Source: an uncultured Polyangiaceae bacterium
GTDB lineage: Bacteria; Pseudomonadota; Alphaproteobacteria; Rhizobiales; Afifellaceae
Length of the DNA: 64,000 nt
Reading direction: 5' to 3'
NCBI GenBank assembly: GCA_964196155.1
Contig: CAXMRP010000045.1
Span: 3,373 to 67,372, forward strand
The notes beneath the pieces were generated by a model that was not told the origin of the DNA, ran no database searches, and was given only the letters and a program-made list of their open reading frames with translations. Each line of letters starts with the position of its first letter. Within the stretch, counting starts at the first letter, position 1. The position numbers and the translations under genes are program-made. Shown here in pieces: positions 31,890-41,058 of this stretch.

Positions 31890-32261
31890 ATGGACCCTGA
31901 TTATCTTCGCGATCTGTTTGAGCCGTTTGGCGATATTGATATTCGCCGCATGTTCGGCGGGCAGGGCGTCTATTTCGATGGCCTGATGTTCGCCCTGGTC
32001 GCTGATGGCGAGCTTTATCTGAAAGTCGATGACACGTCGAAAGCGGAATTCAGCGATGCCGGCTCCGCACCGTTTACCTATACCGGAAAGGGCAAGTCGG
32101 TTGAGATGTCCTATTGGCGCCTGCCAGAAGACGCACTCGATGATCCCGATGCAATGAAGCAATGGGCGGATCTGGGCTACGCCGCCGCATTGCGCGCCAA
32201 GGTGAAAAAGTCAGCGAAAAAGCCCGCCAAAACATCTAAGAAAATCACAAAGACCCGCTAG
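31890..32261 (+). CDS. TfoX N-terminal-domain family protein with Lys-rich tail
   Basis: RRMFGGQGVYFDGLMFALVADGELYLKVD is typical of the TfoX_N fold. Confidence 0.75.
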   Translation: MDPDYLRDLFEPFGDIDIRRMFGGQGVYFDGLMFALVADGELYLKVDDTSKAEFSDAGSAPFTYTGKGKSVEMSYWRLPEDALDDPDAMKQWADLGYAAALRAKVKKSAKKPAKTSKKITKTR

Positions 32262-32280
32262 GATCACCCGCCCCCGGCAA

Positions 32281-32310
32281 TACTAGCCGACGGCTTCTTC
32301 TTCCTTGTTC
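32281..32310. repeat. 30-bp direct repeat, copy 1 (duplicate of the helicase 3' terminus)
   Basis: TACTAGCCGACGGCTTCTTCTTCCTTGTTC is identical to 33236-33265. The flanking bases differ on both sides. Confidence 0.9.
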
Positions 32311-32654
32311 ATCACACTGTCATTGGCGCCATCAGTACTTGGCGGTCAGTATTGCTAGGATCGGGTCTTGCCAAGTGACCATCATCACCACAATATCGAT
32401 CTCGACAAGCCGGTCATCCGGTCGATGTCGGCTTACTAAGTTTTACGCGAAAATCTATAGTCAAATTCTGTCCCACGAAGTCGCCTGCATCACAGATAAA
32501 ACAGTATTGGCAACTCGTTCGTCCAAAGTTTAATCGCCACTCGCCAATTCATAATGCAAAGCAAATTTACGTACGGGCCACGCTTAAAACAATATTGGAA
32601 TCTTGAAGTTTGACGATAATTCCAACCGAGCCAACCCCTTGGAGAACTTCGGCA

Positions 32655-33158
32655 ATGTGCCGACGTATTTTCATTGCGATAATTTCCATAGGATTCCTGC
32701 ATACCGTCGCCAATGCAGGCGGAGCGCCTGCAGGCCTGTTTGTGGACGGTCGCTGGAGTGGGGTCATCGAAACTCTTCCAAACAGCTCGGTATTTGAGGA
32801 GTGTTCGACCAGCACCACGTTTATCGATGGCACCACGTTTGCTCTTGCGGAACGACGCAGCGAGAACTGGTACCTGCGATTGTCAAACCCCGGTTGGCGG
32901 CTGCCACCTTCCCACCAGTTCCTCATGGTTGCGCAGGTTGATTTCTATCCCCCGCTTCGCATTGGCGCCGAAGCCAAGAGCCAGAGACTCCTGGAGATCG
33001 CGATCCTCGACCACAACACACTCTTGGGGCTCATCGAGAATGGGCACACGATCAAGCTCACTTCCGACCGCTTCAAGGAAACGTATGACCTCGAGGGCAC
33101 CGCAAAGGTCATCGAGCGGGTTCGAAACTGTGTCACCGATCAACTCGCTGCCGAGTAA
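32655..33158 (+). CDS. hypothetical secreted protein (orphan cargo of the 955-bp insertion)
   Basis: ATG 32655 with GGAGAA 9 nt upstream. Signal-peptide-like N-terminus MCRRIFIAIISIGFLHTVANA. I recognise no family. Confidence 0.6.
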   Translation: MCRRIFIAIISIGFLHTVANAGGAPAGLFVDGRWSGVIETLPNSSVFEECSTSTTFIDGTTFALAERRSENWYLRLSNPGWRLPPSHQFLMVAQVDFYPPLRIGAEAKSQRLLEIAILDHNTLLGLIENGHTIKLTSDRFKETYDLEGTAKVIERVRNCVTDQLAAE

Positions 33159-33241
33159 GAACCAGTTTTCGGTAAACATGTGTGCAAAAACAAAAGGCTA
33201 GAACGAATTCAGTGAATCAGATTTGTCGAAATTAGTACTAG
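33159..33241 (+). repeat. truncated copy D of the intergenic repeat (left end missing)
   Basis: GAACCAGTTTTCGGTAAACATGTGTGCAAAAACAAAAGGCTAGAACGAATTCAGTGAATCAGATTTGTCGAAATTAGTACTAG aligns with the right three quarters of copies A-C. Confidence 0.7.
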
Positions 33242-33265
33242 CCGACGGCTTCTTCTTCCTTGTTC
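33236..33265. repeat. 30-bp direct repeat, copy 2 (functional 3' end of the helicase gene)
   Basis: Identical to 32281-32310. On the minus strand it encodes NKEEEAVG-stop. Confidence 0.9.
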
Positions 33266-34776
33266 GGGACCCGGGTCGGGCGCAGCATGAAGGCCGGGAC
33301 GTGGTCGCAGAACCCGACCCTGTCGCCGTCATTCTTCCGGCGTGATCTCGACTTTTCCGGTTTGGCCGCCGCAACCGGCTTTGTCGCTGGCGCAGCTGTA
33401 TCCGCATCATCGCCACGATCTGCGGCTTCGACATCAGCGGTTGCCGCAAGGGTCGTTTCAGGGGTCGTATCCGCGGTTGCCTCGATTGCGGCCTCCCCGG
33501 TCTTCTTGCCCGACCGGCGCCGGCGGCCGCGCCGTCCTTTTGCCGGTTTTTCGCCGGCCTCACCAGACGATGGCTCAGTGACCGTATCGGCGGCTTTCAC
33601 ATCATCGTTGCCGGTATCCGCAGTATCGCTGGGCAATGAGGCCTTTGCCGATGCGCCGGCAGTCACCACATCGATTATCCGGCCGGTCAGGTTTTCAATC
33701 GCAGAAATATATTTCTTGTCTGCCGAAGTCGCGATCGAAAAGGCGGCGCCGCTGCGCCCGGCCCGGCCCGTGCGGCCGATGCGATGGACATAATCTTCCG
33801 CATGGGTCGGCACATCGAAGTTGAACACGTGCGACACCGCCGTAATATCCAGACCGCGCGCCGCCACATCGCTGGCCACCAAAAGGGTAATCTCGTTGTT
33901 ACGGAAACTGGCCAGGGTTTTCAGCCGGTGGTGCTGGTCCATGTCGCCATGCAACGCGCCGACCGAATAGCCATGCCGTTCCAGCGAACGCTGTACGGTG
34001 GCGACATCACGCTTGCGGTTGCAGAAGATGATGGCGTTGGTGAGATTTTCCGAATTGTCGATCAGCGTGCGCAGTGTCTGGCGTTTTTCGCTGGGCTTGT
34101 TGCCCGACCGCACGACTGCCTGGGACACATTGTCCAAAGTCGAAGCCGGTTTGGACACTTCCACCCGCACCGGATTTTGCAGGAACTGATTGGCGAGCCG
34201 GTCGATCTCCGGCGGCATGGTCGCCGAAAACAGCATGGTCTGCCGGGTAAACGGGATCAGCTTCACGATCCGCTCGATATCGGGAATGAATCCCATGTCC
34301 AGCATCCGGTCGGCTTCATCGATGACGAGGATTTCAACGCCGGTCAAAAGCAGGCGCCCGCGCTCGAAGTGATCGAGCAGCCGGCCCGGCGTGGCGATCA
34401 GCACATCGGCGCCACGGGTGATCTTTTTGTCTTGCTCGTCGAATGACACGCCGCCGATCAGCAGCGCCACTGTCAGCTTGTGATTGACGCCATACTTGAC
34501 GAAATTTTCTTCAACCTGCGCCGCCAGTTCCCGGGTCGGCTCCAGGATCAGCGTGCGCGGCATCCGCGCCCGCGCCCGGCCGCGCTCCAGCGCTGTCAGC
34601 ATCGGCAGCACAAAAGAAGCCGTCTTGCCGGTGCCAGTCTGGGCAATGCCAACCAGATCACGTCTGGCCAACACTTCGGGGATGGCTTCTTTCTGAATAG
34701 GGGTGGGTGTCGTGTACCCGGCCAGTTTGACCGCTTCAACGACTTTGGTGCTCAGTCCAAGGGTATCAAATGTCAT
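33238..34776 (-). CDS. DEAD-box ATP-dependent RNA helicase (RhlE-like) with basic C-terminal tail
   Basis: Q-motif, AQTGTGKT, DEAD (VIDEADRM), SAT and HRIGRTGRAG motifs. ATG 34776 is preferred over 34806. Confidence 0.93.
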   Translation of the reverse strand: MTFDTLGLSTKVVEAVKLAGYTTPTPIQKEAIPEVLARRDLVGIAQTGTGKTASFVLPMLTALERGRARARMPRTLILEPTRELAAQVEENFVKYGVNHKLTVALLIGGVSFDEQDKKITRGADVLIATPGRLLDHFERGRLLLTGVEILVIDEADRMLDMGFIPDIERIVKLIPFTRQTMLFSATMPPEIDRLANQFLQNPVRVEVSKPASTLDNVSQAVVRSGNKPSEKRQTLRTLIDNSENLTNAIIFCNRKRDVATVQRSLERHGYSVGALHGDMDQHHRLKTLASFRNNEITLLVASDVAARGLDITAVSHVFNFDVPTHAEDYVHRIGRTGRAGRSGAAFSIATSADKKYISAIENLTGRIIDVVTAGASAKASLPSDTADTGNDDVKAADTVTEPSSGEAGEKPAKGRRGRRRRSGKKTGEAAIEATADTTPETTLAATADVEAADRGDDADTAAPATKPVAAAKPEKSRSRRKNDGDRVGFCDHVPAFMLRPTRVPNKEEEAVG

Positions 34777-35192
34777 ATAGCTTTTCGTGCCTGCCGGATA
34801 AATCAACGGCCAGGATCGTTACTGTGTGAACAGACAGGCGCGAAAAAAACGCGCGATTGCGCCCGGTATCAACAATTCACCGGCTTTTACAAGCAAAGAT
34901 TGGATTTTAGCCTAAAATTTCACCGCGGCATAATGGCAATCTATTGGCTTGCCGCTCGCCTGCCGGGTTCGAACATATGCTGCGCTGGACGATCTACGGT
35001 TGCAAACGCGAGAAAGCAGTGCCGATCGCAGTCTTGCGATCCGGTATAAAGGGCGCGTAAACAAACGCTATAAGATACCGCATTTAACACCGACAATATT
35101 GAAGCCGCGCGAAAGAAATTCTGCCGGCTGTCGTTATCGATCCATGACTGCAAATTTGCCGGCCTGACGGGCGCACACAGGAATATATCCAC

Positions 35193-36500
35193 ATGAATGC
35201 GCCAGAAACCGACAAGAAACTTCGAGCCATTCGGACCATCGTTGCCGAGATCGCGACCCATCTGAATGTGCCGTTGTCTCTGAAAATATGGGACGGAGAG
35301 TATCTGCCGCTCGGCACCGATGCGCCAAACCAGCCGGCGCTGGTCATATCTGAGCCCGGTGTAATTTCAGCACTTATCCGCCGGCCGACGCTGGATCGGT
35401 TGCTCCGCCTCTATGCCCACGGCAAAGTCGGTTTTGAAGGCGGCACGCTGATCGATATTGCTGAAGCCGCCGGACAGACCAGTACACGCGGACGCCTCAA
35501 ACAAATTTCCAAACGCAAATTGGCGCGGGCGCTGTTGCCCTTCGTCATGGCCCCGGCATCCAATGTCATACCATCGCGTAGTTTCAGTGGAGACGAGATC
35601 GGCGCCAGCAAGGAAAGCCGTAACGAAGGCGATTTTATCAGCTTTCACTATGACCTGAGCAACGATTTCTACAAATTGTTTCTCGACGACGCGATGGTCT
35701 ACACCTGCGCCTATTTCGCTGAGTGGCAAAACGATCTGGATCGCGCGCAGTTCGACAAGATGGAAATGACTTGCCGCAAACTGCGCATAAAAGCGGGCGA
35801 CCGGTTTCTCGATATCGGCTGCGGATGGGGGGCGCTCATCTGCCACGCGGCAAAACATTATGGCGCAACAGCCCATGGCGTCACCCTGTCGAAAGAGCAA
35901 TATGACTATGCGGTTGAACGCATCAAACGCGAAGGCCTGGGCGACCGAGTGACCATCGAGCTCAATGACTACCGTGATGTTGATCAGAAATTCGACAAGA
36001 TCGCGTCCATCGGCATGTACGAAGCCATCGGCGTAGCGGCGGTGCCGGAATATTTGCGAAAAGTACGCTCAATGTTGGCACCCGGTGGACTATTTCTCAA
36101 CCACGGCATTACCCGGCGATCCAAGCGGAAAAAGAAACGTTTCGGCAAGCGCCCGGAACAGCGCGCACTGGTGCGCTATATATTTCCTGGCGGCGAGTTG
36201 GACGATATCGGCCACACCGCTCAGGAACTGGAACGGGCCGGATTTGAGATCCACGACATTGAAGGATGGCGCGAACACTATGCGCTCACCACAAGAATGT
36301 GGTGCGAACGTCTTACAGCACGAAGAGAGGAAGCTGTCGCTCTCGTCGGCGAGCAAGCCTACCGGATTTGGGTTGTGTATCTGGCCGGCTGTTCGATCGC
36401 ATTTACACGCGGTTCGGCGCGCATCTACCAGACGCTTGCCAGCGCCACGGTGAAGGGCCCCGCACCCGTGCCGCCGAGCCGCGCCGATCTGTATCGGTGA
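35193..36500 (+). CDS. cfa: cyclopropane-fatty-acyl-phospholipid synthase family SAM methyltransferase
   Basis: HYDLSNDFYKLFLD, LDIGCGWGAL SAM-binding motif and FPGGELD motif. Confidence 0.85.
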   Translation: MNAPETDKKLRAIRTIVAEIATHLNVPLSLKIWDGEYLPLGTDAPNQPALVISEPGVISALIRRPTLDRLLRLYAHGKVGFEGGTLIDIAEAAGQTSTRGRLKQISKRKLARALLPFVMAPASNVIPSRSFSGDEIGASKESRNEGDFISFHYDLSNDFYKLFLDDAMVYTCAYFAEWQNDLDRAQFDKMEMTCRKLRIKAGDRFLDIGCGWGALICHAAKHYGATAHGVTLSKEQYDYAVERIKREGLGDRVTIELNDYRDVDQKFDKIASIGMYEAIGVAAVPEYLRKVRSMLAPGGLFLNHGITRRSKRKKKRFGKRPEQRALVRYIFPGGELDDIGHTAQELERAGFEIHDIEGWREHYALTTRMWCERLTARREEAVALVGEQAYRIWVVYLAGCSIAFTRGSARIYQTLASATVKGPAPVPPSRADLYR

Positions 36501-36531
36501 AGTCCATCCGGCACGAAACACCGAGGCACAA

Positions 36532-36960
36532 TCAGTCCACCCATTTCAGGATATGGCTGGCAACGGCAACAAGTTCGCCACGCTGATTTTTGATTTCAAT
36601 GCTTGAGACAGTACGCTTTTCGGTAATTTTTACCGCGCTGATCGTATAGGTGACGGTGACCGTGTCGCCGATCAGTACACCGGCCAGAAACCGGACCCGG
36701 TCGTAACCGAGGGAAACTGGTGTGCCAAGCTCGCCCGTCCCGGCGGCTTCACAGGCCAGCGTCGAACAGGTCGACATATAGCCGATCAGCAGCGCGCCAT
36801 GGGCAATCCGGCCACCATAGCGGGTCGCCTTCATGGCTTCTTCATTGACGTGGTTCGGGGACAGATCGCCGGTGATCCCGGCAAACAGATATACGTCCGA
36901 TTCAGAAACAGTTTTGGTGAAGGTGAATTGATCGCCGACCTTCAGGGCAAATTCGCTCAT
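36532..36960 (-). CDS. MaoC-like (R)-specific enoyl-CoA hydratase / hot-dog fold dehydratase
   Basis: FAGITGDLSPNHVNEEAMKATRYGGRIAHGALL is the hydratase 2 motif context. Confidence 0.8.
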   Translation of the reverse strand: MSEFALKVGDQFTFTKTVSESDVYLFAGITGDLSPNHVNEEAMKATRYGGRIAHGALLIGYMSTCSTLACEAAGTGELGTPVSLGYDRVRFLAGVLIGDTVTVTYTISAVKITEKRTVSSIEIKNQRGELVAVASHILKWVD

Positions 36961-37335
36961 GTGTCGCAGCCATTTTTGGGTGTCGTTGAAGTTTGGTACG
37001 CACGCCCGGTGCAACCTATGCGGCGGACGGCTTCTCGTACATCGAAACGTGAATTTTGCTGTCGGCCGTAAACGCCGAACGATTCCACCCGGCCCATCGT
37101 GATCGAAGGGTCATTCCCATCAGTCGGGCCATCAGGTCAATTTCCGACGGCCAAGCATAGCGCATTCGAGGCAAGGACTAGCGACAATTATCGCAACACC
37201 GCTTCCAGCATGCGATTGTTGTTGGCGAGTTTCTGCGATAACCGGCGGGCCGGTGTCCTTGACCCGGCTAGGCGGATGTCAGGCAAACGATGGCGTTTCC
37301 TTTTTCCCACTGGCTGCGCGAAAATCCCTCGTGGA

Positions 37336-37731
37336 TCATGCAAACGCCGCATGGCAACCCGCTTCAATATTGTACCCGTCAGGGTCGAGCAAATATGCGG
37401 CGTAGTAATTTTGATGATACCGGGCGCGCAATTTCGGCGCGCCATTGTCCATGCCACCGGCGGATAACCCGTCGGCAAAAAACCGGTCGACGATTGTTCG
37501 CGATGTGGCGCTGAATGCAATATGCGCAAGCGGCTTTATCGGCTGACCTTCCGACAACCAAAATTCTCCGCCGGGATCGGTGCTTTGCCCATGCCCAATA
37601 TCCAAAATGCCAAAACTGATCGATGATGGCGTATCCCTGATCAGGCGATAACCATGAGCGCTCAGGGTTTTGACGTAAAACAGCTTGCTGATTGCGATGC
37701 TGCTAACGGTAATTCCCAGATGATCGATCAT
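37336..37731 (-). CDS. VOC/glyoxalase-family protein
   Basis: MIDHLGITVSSIAISKLFY...AAYLLDPDGYNIEA is typical of the glyoxalase fold. Confidence 0.75.
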   Translation of the reverse strand: MIDHLGITVSSIAISKLFYVKTLSAHGYRLIRDTPSSISFGILDIGHGQSTDPGGEFWLSEGQPIKPLAHIAFSATSRTIVDRFFADGLSAGGMDNGAPKLRARYHQNYYAAYLLDPDGYNIEAGCHAAFA

Positions 37732-38003
37732 AAAAAGTATCTATTGTTAATTTGCGCAATATCACTCGCTGTTGGCGGGTTGGGTAGTTTTTGGCTTTTC
37801 ACCATTGCCGGCGCTGACCAATTCACACGGCATTCCCGATTTGTTGATTCATTCATGGTTCCTGTCGGCCAACAAATTATCACGATGGCTCAATTTTCGC
37901 CGCATTTGTCAAGGAAACACTAGGCTTAACGGATTCCTCACAATTTCGGTCTTATCTCCGTTCAAGGGGCAAGTTGCACGTGTAGCGTTTGGAGTATTGC
38001 GTC

Positions 38004-38618
38004 ATGATCAGGTCTATAGGATTGGCCGTTACCGCGTTGATGTTGGCGGGTACGGCACAAGCAGCAGATTTTTTCCGGAATGATCCGGTTTCATATGCGC
38101 CGGCGGCGGCTGGCTACAACTGGGCTGGTGGCTATATCGGCGCCCATGTTGGTTACGGTTGGGGCGATGCCTCCATTTCCGGCATTCCCGATATCGATAT
38201 CGACGGCTGGGTTGGTGGCGTCCACGCCGGTTACAACTATCTATATGGTTCGACATTGCTCGGCGTTGAATTCGATGCGTCACTGGCGGACGTCGACGGT
38301 GCCGGATTCGGCATCGGAATCGAAAACGACTGGCTCGCCAGTGCTCGTGGCCGTCTTGGCTATACCATGGGCCAGTTCATGGTCTATGCGACCGGTGGTC
38401 TGGCGCTTGCCGGTGCAGAGGCAAATGTCGGCGGGTCGACCCAGTCCAATACCCATGTGGGCTGGGTTGCCGGTCTGGGCGGCGAGGCGTTCGTGACGCA
38501 GAACATCGTCGCGCGGCTGGAATGGCTGCACTACGACGTTGGCGACGAGACCTATTTTGGTGTTTCCGGCGAAGGCGATGTGGATGTGCTTCGCCTTGGT
38601 GCCAGCTACAAATTCTGA
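38004..38618 (+). CDS. small beta-barrel outer-membrane protein (Omp25/Omp31/RopB-type porin family)
   Basis: Signal peptide ending AQAAD, Gly/aromatic-rich beta-strands and a terminal LGASYKF. GGAG lies upstream of ATG 38004. Confidence 0.85.
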   Translation: MIRSIGLAVTALMLAGTAQAADFFRNDPVSYAPAAAGYNWAGGYIGAHVGYGWGDASISGIPDIDIDGWVGGVHAGYNYLYGSTLLGVEFDASLADVDGAGFGIGIENDWLASARGRLGYTMGQFMVYATGGLALAGAEANVGGSTQSNTHVGWVAGLGGEAFVTQNIVARLEWLHYDVGDETYFGVSGEGDVDVLRLGASYKF

Positions 38619-38646
38619 TCGGTTCGCTACCGGTTGATACAGGAAT

Positions 38647-38682
38647 AAAAAAGCCCGGCAGTTTTTGCCGGGCTTTTGTTTT
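38647..38682. terminator. bidirectional Rho-independent terminator between convergent OMP genes
   Basis: AAAAAAGCCCGGCA-gtttt-TGCCGGGCTTTTGTTTT, with A/T tracts on both sides. Confidence 0.85.
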
Positions 38683-38735
38683 ATCGGCGAGACGCCGGTC
38701 TGATAGCCAGCATCCTTCAAGGATTGCGCGTCCCG

Positions 38736-40349
38736 TCAGTTCTGTGACGTTTGCATCAGCCCGTAAAGATTACGCGCTGTTACCCGGCGGTTGCGCCGCT
38801 CGGCGTCATAGGTCGATATTTTCAGATAGGCCTCGCCGTAGCCCTGGGTGATCAGGTTTTCCGGCGGGATGCCAAAGCTCTCCGACAGCACGATGGCAAC
38901 GGATTCAGCGCGCTGGTCCGAAAGGGCCAGGTTGTAATACTCCGACCCCACCGCATCCGTGTGCCCTTCGATCAGGATCAGCGCACCCGGCGTCTGGTAA
39001 AGGACATCGCCGATGGCATAGGCCAGCCGTGACAGGCCAGGGATCTGGCTCTGTAAAATCAGTGCACTGCCGGTATCGAAGGTAATGGCATCCAGATCGA
39101 CACGCCGAGTAAGGTCGCGGACCTGATTGTTGTAGAGGATTTCATCCAGCGAGTAGGGCTGCTGGATCTGTGCAACCGGCGGGGCGGACAATGCCTTGTA
39201 GATATCCTCGCGCCGTGTCTGGCGACCCAGTTCAACCACATACTCGCGCTTTGGCACCTGAATGGCCGTCGGCAGATTGACCTGAATATTAAACCTCGGC
39301 CGCCGATCGCGCCGCTTCGGTTTGTTGCGGTTGTCGACCAGAATAAATTCGCGGCCGTTCTTGTTGCGCCGAAACCGCACAACAATGTCGCCATCGCGAT
39401 TGCGCAGGGTAATCACCTGGCTGCCATTGGCGCGATAGATCGTGGTGCGGGTCATGCCGTTGCGCAGTTTCACCACCTTGACATCACGGGCGCCACGCAG
39501 GGACCGGTCATCATTGCCATGGCTCTGGATAAAGGTCTGCCCGCTCTGGTCTTTGATGATCGTGCGGCCATTTTTGGTGCGCACGACTTTGGCGCCGGCT
39601 GGTGGCTGGACGGTATTTTGCAATTCGCGATTTTCCTGCCGCGCCGCGCGTAATTTACGGCGAAGCTTCTTCAGGCGCGGATCGACCTTCTGGCCCTTGA
39701 TGCCGGTCTGATCGGGTTCATTGTCCTGAGCGGCAGCTTGCTGTGCCGCGGCTTGAGCGGCGGCCAGGGCAGCCGCTTGCTCTGCTGCCATCTTGGCGGC
39801 TTTTCTTGCAGCCTTCTTGGATGCCTTCTTCTCAGCCTTGCTTGCGGCCTTGTTTGCGGCCTTCTGGGCCGCCTTGTCAGCTTCCATCTGGGTGGCTGCC
39901 GCCTCGGCTTCTAACTGTGCCTGGGCAGCCGCTCGTGCTTCGTCCGCCGATTGTGCGGCCGCTGCCGCTGCTTCGGCTTCCATCCGCTTGCGCTTGCGCC
40001 TCAGTTTCTTTGCCGCGGCTTTATCCATTTGGTCCGCGTTGGTGTCGGACTGCGCCGTGCTTGGCTGCTGCGCGCCACTCGCCGCGGCCAGCACCTGATC
40101 GAGCGCCTGACGGGCCCGGCGTGCGGATTTCACGCCGCCGCCGCCGGCCTTGGCTTCCAGCAATGCCTGTTCCGCCACCAGCAGATCCTGGCGTGCCTGA
40201 AGAACCGCCTCCGGCTCCGCCAACTGGGCAACGACAATGCGTCCGGATGTTCTGAACGTGCCGGGATCGGCATGAGCAACCGGCGCAAGCAGCACCGGCG
40301 CGCTGAGAAGAACCGCCGCAACCGCGGCGATGCGTTGAGAAAGTGTCAT
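38736..40349 (-). CDS. OmpA-family peptidoglycan-binding protein with long Ala/Lys/Gln-rich coiled-coil region
   Basis: Signal peptide. C-terminal OmpA_C motif LIEGHTDAVGSEYYNLALSDQRAESV...RRNRRV. Confidence 0.85.
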   Translation of the reverse strand: MTLSQRIAAVAAVLLSAPVLLAPVAHADPGTFRTSGRIVVAQLAEPEAVLQARQDLLVAEQALLEAKAGGGGVKSARRARQALDQVLAAASGAQQPSTAQSDTNADQMDKAAAKKLRRKRKRMEAEAAAAAAQSADEARAAAQAQLEAEAAATQMEADKAAQKAANKAASKAEKKASKKAARKAAKMAAEQAAALAAAQAAAQQAAAQDNEPDQTGIKGQKVDPRLKKLRRKLRAARQENRELQNTVQPPAGAKVVRTKNGRTIIKDQSGQTFIQSHGNDDRSLRGARDVKVVKLRNGMTRTTIYRANGSQVITLRNRDGDIVVRFRRNKNGREFILVDNRNKPKRRDRRPRFNIQVNLPTAIQVPKREYVVELGRQTRREDIYKALSAPPVAQIQQPYSLDEILYNNQVRDLTRRVDLDAITFDTGSALILQSQIPGLSRLAYAIGDVLYQTPGALILIEGHTDAVGSEYYNLALSDQRAESVAIVLSESFGIPPENLITQGYGEAYLKISTYDAERRNRRVTARNLYGLMQTSQN

Positions 40350-40451
40350 TGTTCCAATCCTTGATTACCCGTTTTGCCGACACGGTGGCACAGGCAAGAT
40401 GAACCGGGCTTGAACAGCCGGATACTGATCATAACATATTGGAAAGAATGA

Positions 40452-41000
40452 CTATTTGATGTCCGCAGGCAACGGAAATCCATCCGGCACGACAAGTTTG
40501 TCAGGTCGCTGTCTGATTGGGACGAATCCAGTCCGCTGATAGAGCGGTAGCGCCCGCGGATGGTCCCGGGTACAGGTTTTGACGGTTATTGTTTTCGCAT
40601 CACGCGAAAACGCCAGATCGATGGCCGTACCCAATAGCCAGGCGCCGATCCGGCGACCGGTCCATTCCGGCATCAGGCCAAAAAAAGCCAGTTCAACAAC
40701 CGGCTGATCCGAAAAATCAAGTTCATAAAAGCCCGCCGGTGCGCCATCGCCGTAAAGCACAAATATCTCAATACCAGGCTTGTGAATGATCGCGCTCAGA
40801 TCATCGTCGCTGAGACGCGACCGGTTCACCCACAACCAGTCCCGGCCGACTGTACCGTAAAGATAGCGATAAAAATGCAGCGGCACCGGATCGGCCCGCA
40901 TCAGTGCCAGCTTCATGCCGAATGGTTGCCGAGGCAGGCGCGCCGGCAGAGCCTCAAGCACCAGATCGGTGATGGTGATCGGAACGATTGTGTCGGGCAT
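40452..41000 (-). CDS. GNAT-family N-acetyltransferase
   Basis: Acetyl-CoA binding segment PEWTGRRIGAWLL and overall GNAT length (182 aa). Confidence 0.7.
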   Translation of the reverse strand: MPDTIVPITITDLVLEALPARLPRQPFGMKLALMRADPVPLHFYRYLYGTVGRDWLWVNRSRLSDDDLSAIIHKPGIEIFVLYGDGAPAGFYELDFSDQPVVELAFFGLMPEWTGRRIGAWLLGTAIDLAFSRDAKTITVKTCTRDHPRALPLYQRTGFVPIRQRPDKLVVPDGFPLPADIK

Positions 41001-41058
41001 GAATGTGATGCTTTCTGTCGTTGATCCGGCTCAGTCTGATCAACGCGCGGACAAACGG

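Noticed and set aside
32311-32654. Short ORFs and fragments in the AT-rich left part of the 955-bp insertion, such as the 64-aa ORF at 32339-32533 and a minus-strand fragment ending …VEIDIVVMMVTWQDPILAILTAKY
   Set aside because: They have no SD or plausible start, they are interrupted by stops, and no family is recognised. They may be decayed coding sequence, but I cannot support that.
36961-37335. 375-bp gap between the MaoC and VOC genes, with a minus-strand frame ending …LSQKLANNNRMLEAVLR
   Set aside because: There is no start codon, and the fragment is too short to assign. It could be a gene remnant or a 3' UTR. I saw no structural or repeat signal.
39740-40020. Apparent DNA tandem repeats (GCCTTCTT/GCGGCCTT units); similar GAAGAATCCGACGA units occur at 61260-61320
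   Set aside because: Both are explained by low-complexity coding sequence: the Ala/Lys coiled-coil of the OmpA-family protein and the acidic linker of PopZ. They are not non-coding satellite or CRISPR-like arrays, since the spacing is irregular and there are no unique spacers.
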